Shown here piece by piece: positions 58,213 to 64,000 of a stretch of DNA of 64,000 bases; positions within the stretch are counted from its first letter, which is position 1; each line of letters opens with the position of its first letter. The notes beneath the pieces are model-generated. The model saw nothing but the letters and a program-made list of their open reading frames with translations, did no database searches and was not told the origin of the DNA. This DNA is from a virus (Duplodnaviria; Caudoviricetes): the IMG/VR virus record IMGVR_UViG_3300037067_021792; one strand, written 5' to 3'. The position numbers were made by a program, and so were the translations under genes.

Positions 58213-58895
58213 TTTTTACTCAGAAATGCAAAGAATTTATACCCGATTTCATAAAATGTTGCTGTGAAGGATCGAATAGAATTCCGTATGTTGAAAAAGG
58301 AATACTCAATATTGAAGCATTTTATTGGTGGTCTTTAATTGCTTTTTTTGAGCCAGATATTATTTTGGAATCCGGAGTGTCCAAAGGACGTAGCACAGAA
58401 ATTATTGCTAGGGCTCAGAAATACTATAATATTCCTAAACATTATGCTTTTGATATAGACAATAGACATGAAAGGTTTGTTCGACAAAAATTACGTCCAT
58501 ATCAGACAGTTTACTCCATTATGGACAGCACTGAGGGATTTAATGGAGTATTAAGCAAAGACTCCGGGACTACTGTGATTATTATGGATGGCCCCAAGTC
58601 ATCGTTGGGTATTAAATCTGTTTTTAGAATGCTGCATAAATTTAGCGATAGAATTTTGGCGGTAGGTTGTCACGATTGCGAACCGAATTCTAAAGTGCGA
58701 AATGCATTTGCTATTAATGCAAAAAAATTTATAATAAATAATGAATTGATATTTACAGAAATAGATCACAACTTTGATTTTTTAAACAATTATATTAAGG
58801 AAGATATTGCAAAATCCAAAAAATTATGTGAATTATTTGAAAAATCATATTTTGTAGGAATATCTTACCAAAAGGTACCAAAAGGTATAAAATGA
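58209..58895 (+). CDS. putative class I SAM methyltransferase-like protein
   Basis: ILESGV.KG.ST, IMDGPK, HD. Confidence 0.55.
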   Translation: MIFTQKCKEFIPDFIKCCCEGSNRIPYVEKGILNIEAFYWWSLIAFFEPDIILESGVSKGRSTEIIARAQKYYNIPKHYAFDIDNRHERFVRQKLRPYQTVYSIMDSTEGFNGVLSKDSGTTVIIMDGPKSSLGIKSVFRMLHKFSDRILAVGCHDCEPNSKVRNAFAINAKKFIINNELIFTEIDHNFDFLNNYIKEDIAKSKKLCELFEKSYFVGISYQKVPKGIK

Positions 58896-59833
58896 GAGAT
58901 AATAAATTAACAGTTATAGAAATGAATGATAGTAAAAAAAACTCTATCCCTATTTCTTGGATAACAGCCTATGATCTTCCGTTCGCTTTTGCTGCTCAGC
59001 GAGCCGGAATTGATATGATTTTAGTCGGGGATTCTGGCGGGATGGTACAATTAGGATATGAAACCACAAACCCAGTAACGATGGACGAGATGATATTGTT
59101 GGCGTCAGCTGCTCGTCGAGGCGCTACAAATACGTTTATAGTCGGAGATATGCCGCAAGGATCATATGAAATTTCCACAGAGGATGCCGTAAGAAATGCT
59201 ATTCGTTTTATTAAAGAATCTAGGTCTGATTCTATCAAACTTGAAGGCGGCGAGCGAGTTGCCGATAAAGTTCAAAGTATTGTTAATGCTGGGATATTGG
59301 TTTTCGGGCATTTGGGGCTTACTCCTCAGAGCACATCGTCTTTTGGGGGATATAGAGTTCAAGGTAAAACTAAGGAGAGTTTCGAATCGATACTAAGTGA
59401 TGCCATTTGTTTACAGCAAGCCGGTGCATGTGCTATCTTGCTGGAGGCGATGCCGTCAGAAGTTGCTGGGCAAATAGCTAGACGACTAACTGTGCCGATA
59501 TATGGCATTGGCGCAGGAAACGAAGTAGATGGGCAATTGGTTATCATGCATGATATAATGGGATTCTATCAATCATTCCGCCCTTGGTTTGCAAAGTGCT
59601 ATGTTCCACAAGTTCTTCCCGATTTCCAGAAATACTTATTATCAATCGAAAATATTAGGGAGGAAGGCAGAAAAAATAGATCCGATGGTTTGCTCAGACT
59701 GGCTGAAATGTGTATATCTAAATATATCGAAGAAATAAAAAACGGAATATTTCCCGGAAAAGAATATTCATATCCAATTAAACATGATGATTTAATTAAG
59801 ATTAAATTATCCAACAAGTGGATGGATGTATAA
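58892..59833 (+). CDS. panB: ketopantoate hydroxymethyltransferase-family protein
   Basis: TAYD, LVGDS, DMP, KLEGG, GHLGLTPQ, GIGAG, DGQ. Confidence 0.9.
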   Translation: MRDNKLTVIEMNDSKKNSIPISWITAYDLPFAFAAQRAGIDMILVGDSGGMVQLGYETTNPVTMDEMILLASAARRGATNTFIVGDMPQGSYEISTEDAVRNAIRFIKESRSDSIKLEGGERVADKVQSIVNAGILVFGHLGLTPQSTSSFGGYRVQGKTKESFESILSDAICLQQAGACAILLEAMPSEVAGQIARRLTVPIYGIGAGNEVDGQLVIMHDIMGFYQSFRPWFAKCYVPQVLPDFQKYLLSIENIREEGRKNRSDGLLRLAEMCISKYIEEIKNGIFPGKEYSYPIKHDDLIKIKLSNKWMDV

Positions 59834-59855
59834 TTTCATAAGATTGGAGAATTGC

Positions 59856-60608
59856 ATGGATCTAGTTAGTGAAAAAGGCTATTGTTCTGACACTGAAAAA
59901 AGTGCACTCAGTGTTTTAACGGGAATGTTATTAAAATCTCCCATACCAGAGGATCAAATTTTATCTAATTTAGGACTTTTCCTTACATCGAAAAATCTCG
60001 CTCGATTGCTATTTTTTAATTATATTTATCAACATATTGTTAATATTCAAGGACAAATATTTGACTTAGGAACTCGATGGGGAAATAATATGGCTATTTT
60101 AAATTCTTTGCGGAGTATTTATGAGCCGTTTAACCGTCATCGAAAAATTGTTGGGTTTGATACTTTTTGTGGGTTTCCCGGTGTCTCTCCTGAAGACGGA
60201 AACTCCGATTTGATGGTGAAAGGAAATCTATATACAGCCGATGGGTATGTGGATTATTTACGATCAATTATGCAACATCACGAACAGCTAAACCCAATGA
60301 GCCATGTATGTAAATTTGAAGTCATTAAAGGCGATGCCTGTAACACAGTCAAACAATACCTAGATAACAACAAACATTGTATCATATCATTTGCTTATTT
60401 TGATTTTGATATATATAAGCCAACAAAAGAATGTTTGACCATTATTAGGGATAAGCTGGTTAAAGGTAGCGTTGTAGCTTTTGATGAGCTAAATGACCAG
60501 GATTCTCCTGGCGAAACAATTGCCCTAGATGAGGTGTTTGGGTTAAATAGCATAACTTTATGTAGGGTTCCATTTGTTTCTAGAATATCTTATTTTATAT
60601 TGGAGTAG
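59856..60608 (+). CDS. TylF/MycF-like sugar O-methyltransferase
   Basis: G.I.D.G.RWG, GFDTF.GFP, KGD, FDFDIY.PT, FDE, PGE. Confidence 0.78.
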   Translation: MDLVSEKGYCSDTEKSALSVLTGMLLKSPIPEDQILSNLGLFLTSKNLARLLFFNYIYQHIVNIQGQIFDLGTRWGNNMAILNSLRSIYEPFNRHRKIVGFDTFCGFPGVSPEDGNSDLMVKGNLYTADGYVDYLRSIMQHHEQLNPMSHVCKFEVIKGDACNTVKQYLDNNKHCIISFAYFDFDIYKPTKECLTIIRDKLVKGSVVAFDELNDQDSPGETIALDEVFGLNSITLCRVPFVSRISYFILE

Positions 60609-60611
60609 ACT

Positions 60612-62705
60612 TTGAACGCACTGATTACTGGAATTACTGGATTTGTAGGCAGCCATTTGTCTGAATATTTATTGTCTTTGGGTGATATGCAAATTCATGG
60701 CTTAGCTCGATGGCGGTCTCCAAAAGACAACATAAAACATATTGAGAATGAAATTCATTTACACTATGGCGATCTGACAGATTATCCGTCAATATTTGGT
60801 ATTATAAATGATGTCAAACCAGATTTCGTTTTTCATCTGGCTGCGCAGTCGGTGGCAGAAGATGAATTTATTCCAATTTTAAAATCAAAAAGCATGGAAT
60901 TAATCACCTTTGGCGAACTTTGGAAAACGTGCTCAAAAAGAAATAATATTAAATCTACTGTTCATAATGGAATCGAAACAGAAATAATAAATATAAAAAA
61001 CTCACAGATACGGGCTATAAGCTTTTTTTCTGGGATGGGAAATTGGTTACCAATCCAACAGATTACACGACATAAATATAATGGTGACATTGTTGAATTA
61101 AAGCAAAAATTTGGATCAATAAAAGTTACCCCCAATCATTGTGTAATAGATAAATATGGGCAATTGGCGTCTCCGATGGATAATCCAGAACTCCTGCCTA
61201 TGAGAAAGATTAATTATTATAATAAAAATGAGATAACGGAAGTACGGATCAAAACTACACGAAAGTATAAAAAATACAAAGATTGCTTTTTTATTCCAAA
61301 TATTCCCAACAAAAGAATTCCAGTTGTCTTGTCGGGAGAAAAACTTGATAGTTTTACAAGATTTTGTGCCGCTTACATATCGGAGGGATGTGCGCACTCA
61401 AGGGTAAAAAGAAAAAATTTTACAGTTACAATTAGTAATCAAAATAAGGAATGGCTAGCAGAAAGAAACAAAGAATTGCAGCATTTCAGCGAAGGCATAA
61501 CTGGTAGATATAGTACTGGTAAAAAGTCTGGTTATAAAGATGTTTTTAGTTTAACAATTACATCGGAATTACTTTATGATATAATAACAAAATATTGTGG
61601 AAGACTAAGCGAATTCAAACAAATTCCGAATTTTATTTTCCGTCTGCCGAAAGAGAAACAGCTTGATTTTCTAAGAGTTTTGGCTGAAGGTGACGGTTGC
61701 TACGAGGAAAGACAACGTTATGATATTTTAAGATATACTACGTCATCTAGAAAACTTGCTGCGCAATTGTGTTTACTATTAACCCTTATTGGAAAAGATT
61801 ATACAATATATGAGAATGGAGCGTTTTTTATTCGTGAGTGTGGTTTTTATCAGCCACGGCAAGGAGTAACCAAAAGAACAATTACCACTATGCCATACGA
61901 AGGTTATGTATATGATATTTCAATCGGAGGCCCAGAGATTTTCGCAGCAGGTGTAGGAAATCTTATAATTCATAACTCTTATGTTCCATACAGTTTCCAG
62001 GCTCCTGTTACAACTTTAGATGTTAACTGTCAGGGCACATGCAACTTATTAGAAGCTATTAAATTATCCAGAGTAAACGGAATAGATCCAATCATACTTG
62101 TATGCTCATCCTCAGAGGTGTATGGTCAGGTTCTTCCCGATGAAGTGCCTATCAATGAAAGCTGTCAGCTCAGGCCGGCCTCTCCGTATGCTGTTTCAAA
62201 AGTATGTGAGGATATGTTAGGATTTCAATATTATTTATCATGGGGATTGAAAGTTATACGAAGCCGTATGTTTACTCATTGTGGCCCAAGAAGAGGTGAT
62301 GTTTTTGTCGGATCTAATTTTGCCAAACAAATTGCCCAAATAGAGAAAGGCAAGCAAGAACCAGTAATTAAAGTTGGTAACCTTGACAGCATCAGGACCT
62401 TTGCTGATGTTCGAGATGTTGTAAAAGCATATTGGTTAATGGTAAATAAATGTTCAATAGGCGAAGTGTATAATATCGGCGGGAATGAAACAATGTCTAT
62501 AAAAGAAATGCTCAATCGGTTAATGAGCTTTTCTACACGAGGTGATATTAAGATAGAAGTAGACGCATCTAGATTGAGACCTTCAGATGTAACTCTTCAG
62601 ATACCAGATTGTTCCAAATTTAAAAAGGAAACTGGATGGCAACCAGAAATTAGTATTGACCAGATGTTAAACGACATGTTAAATTATTGGAGATTACGAG
62701 TATGA
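60612..62705 (+). CDS. gmd: GDP-mannose 4,6-dehydratase precursor containing an intein
   Basis: ALITGITGFVG, HLAAQ|SYV..SF, SSSEVYG, SPYAVSK, F.H.GPRRG, GNL.S.R. Confidence 0.9.
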   Translation: MNALITGITGFVGSHLSEYLLSLGDMQIHGLARWRSPKDNIKHIENEIHLHYGDLTDYPSIFGIINDVKPDFVFHLAAQSVAEDEFIPILKSKSMELITFGELWKTCSKRNNIKSTVHNGIETEIINIKNSQIRAISFFSGMGNWLPIQQITRHKYNGDIVELKQKFGSIKVTPNHCVIDKYGQLASPMDNPELLPMRKINYYNKNEITEVRIKTTRKYKKYKDCFFIPNIPNKRIPVVLSGEKLDSFTRFCAAYISEGCAHSRVKRKNFTVTISNQNKEWLAERNKELQHFSEGITGRYSTGKKSGYKDVFSLTITSELLYDIITKYCGRLSEFKQIPNFIFRLPKEKQLDFLRVLAEGDGCYEERQRYDILRYTTSSRKLAAQLCLLLTLIGKDYTIYENGAFFIRECGFYQPRQGVTKRTITTMPYEGYVYDISIGGPEIFAAGVGNLIIHNSYVPYSFQAPVTTLDVNCQGTCNLLEAIKLSRVNGIDPIILVCSSSEVYGQVLPDEVPINESCQLRPASPYAVSKVCEDMLGFQYYLSWGLKVIRSRMFTHCGPRRGDVFVGSNFAKQIAQIEKGKQEPVIKVGNLDSIRTFADVRDVVKAYWLMVNKCSIGEVYNIGGNETMSIKEMLNRLMSFSTRGDIKIEVDASRLRPSDVTLQIPDCSKFKKETGWQPEISIDQMLNDMLNYWRLRV
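60849..61976 (+). mobile_element. intein (376 aa) with LAGLIDADG endonuclease
   Basis: Starts SVAEDE, block B TPNH, AAYISEG and LAEGDG, YTTSS..LA, VYDISI...IHN then Ser. Confidence 0.92.
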
Positions 62706-63607
62706 TATTAGTTACGGGCGGAAAAGGTATGGCAGGAAAGTCTTTGCAAAAGTTCCTGCCTGATGCAATTGATGCAATATACACCAGCAGAGAAGATTAT
62801 GATTTAATGGATTATGATCAAGTTGAAAATATGTTTAAAAAATTTAATCCTAAAACAGTTATTCATCTTGCGGGAAAGGTTGGGGGAATTCCAGACCAAT
62901 TACAGCATCCCTATGACTTTTTCTATCAGAACATTATAATTAATAGTAATATCATTAATGCCTGTTTTAAATTTAAAATTGAATATCTAGTTGCAATGTC
63001 AAGTGTTTGTGTGTATTCTCCTGAGATAAATAACTTTCCGATATCTGAGGAATTATCCCAATATGGAGAACCAGATAAGAGTATCTATGGATATGCATAT
63101 GCAAAGCGAATGATGCCAATTCAGCTTAAATGCTTAGATAAGCAATTCAACAGTCCGATGAAATACACTGTGATTCATTCCAGTAATTTGTATGGTCCAT
63201 ACGATTGTTTTGAGACAAACAAATCACATGTTGTAGCTGCACTAATGCGAAGATTCCACGAGAATATTAATTCTCCGGCTGTGGAATTGCTGGGCACGGG
63301 TAAAGCATTGCGACAAATGACTTTTGTTGACGATTTATCAAAATTTATAATGTTCTGCCTGAAGAATAAACCAACCGGGGAAATAAATTTTGCACCGCCT
63401 GAGAATCTTTCTATTAAGCAAATTGCTGCTGTAATTTCTTCAAAAATTGGATTTTCTGGAAAGATTTTATTTAAAGGCGGTTCAGATGGAGTGCTGCGAA
63501 GGGACGTATCTATTGAAAAAGTAGAAAAATTAGGTTTCCATGATTTTACTTCCTTTGAATATGGCATCCAAAAAACCTATGAATGGTTCAAGGATAATCA
63601 ATGTTGA
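62702..63607 (+). CDS. fcl: GDP-L-fucose synthase-like epimerase/reductase
   Basis: VTGG.G..G, HLAGKVGGI, SS.CVY, YAYAKR, NLYGP.D, SHV..AL, GTG.A.R. Confidence 0.88.
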   Translation: MILVTGGKGMAGKSLQKFLPDAIDAIYTSREDYDLMDYDQVENMFKKFNPKTVIHLAGKVGGIPDQLQHPYDFFYQNIIINSNIINACFKFKIEYLVAMSSVCVYSPEINNFPISEELSQYGEPDKSIYGYAYAKRMMPIQLKCLDKQFNSPMKYTVIHSSNLYGPYDCFETNKSHVVAALMRRFHENINSPAVELLGTGKALRQMTFVDDLSKFIMFCLKNKPTGEINFAPPENLSIKQIAAVISSKIGFSGKILFKGGSDGVLRRDVSIEKVEKLGFHDFTSFEYGIQKTYEWFKDNQC

Positions 63608-64000
63608 TAGAAAAATTATATCATGATATTTATCTGATTAGGGCCTGCGAAAAGGCCATAAAGACTTATTACAAAGAAAATGAAATGAAAACCCCCATGC
63701 ACATGTCAGAGGGAGAAGAGGCAATTGTGGTTGGAATTTGTTCAGCTTTATTTCCATCGGATCAAGTATTTGGTACTTACAGAAGTCATGCTTTGTATCT
63801 ATCTAAGACAGGAGATGTTCACTCATTTTTTGGAGAACTATATGGAAAATCGACCGGGCTAGCAAGGGGCAAAGCGGGGTCGATGCATTTATCTGATCCT
63901 GATCATGGATATATGATTTCCTCCGCTATCGTAGCAAGCACTATTCCGGTGGCAGTAGGAAGCGCTTTTTCGAATAAAATTCTAAAAAATAATAAAACAA
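63601..64000 (+). CDS. TPP-dependent dehydrogenase E1 alpha-like protein, 3'-truncated by window
   Basis: My translation from ATG 63601: IR..E, TPMHMS.GEEA, TYRSHA.YL, ELYGK.TG..RGKAGSMH. Confidence 0.85.
   Translation, partial: MLIEKLYHDIYLIRACEKAIKTYYKENEMKTPMHMSEGEEAIVVGICSALFPSDQVFGTYRSHALYLSKTGDVHSFFGELYGKSTGLARGKAGSMHLSDPDHGYMISSAIVASTIPVAVGSAFSNKILKNNKT

Noticed and set aside
307-63567. Numerous 60-150 aa minus-strand ORFs
   Set aside because: They are antisense shadows of well-supported + strand genes and lack motifs or RBS

Overview
64 kb of a large dsDNA bacteriophage-like genome (jumbo-phage style; inferred from gene content, as no virion genes are in the window). It is AT-rich and gene-dense, and essentially all credible genes are on the + strand. 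1-35 kb is a replication/recombination/expression module: SF2 helicase, DNA MTases, IF3, Ycf46-type AAA ATPase, DnaC-like loader, DnaB, a primase split into two distant genes, UDG, a two-gene DnaE, gp32-like SSB, RecA, Cas4-like exonuclease, a sigma-like factor, a Gam-like protein and UvrD. 35-39 kb is a nonulosonic-acid (KDN/Neu-type) synthesis cluster with two Maf/DUF115-like genes. An IS200/IS605 tnpB-only element lies at 39164-40532. 41-48 kb holds accessory enzymes (PurA, radical SAMs, Ogg), and 48.8-64 kb is a large glycan-biosynthesis island. Three Ser1 inteins are present (helicase, DnaE, GDP-mannose dehydratase). The most striking feature is the DnaE intein. It has no in-frame endonuclease. 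Instead, a complete Zn-finger + Vsr/DUF559-type endonuclease gene with its own RBS (and possibly its own promoter) is overprinted in the +1 frame inside it, while the intein frame stays open for over 300 codons. All assignments come from motif recognition by eye; no database searches were run.
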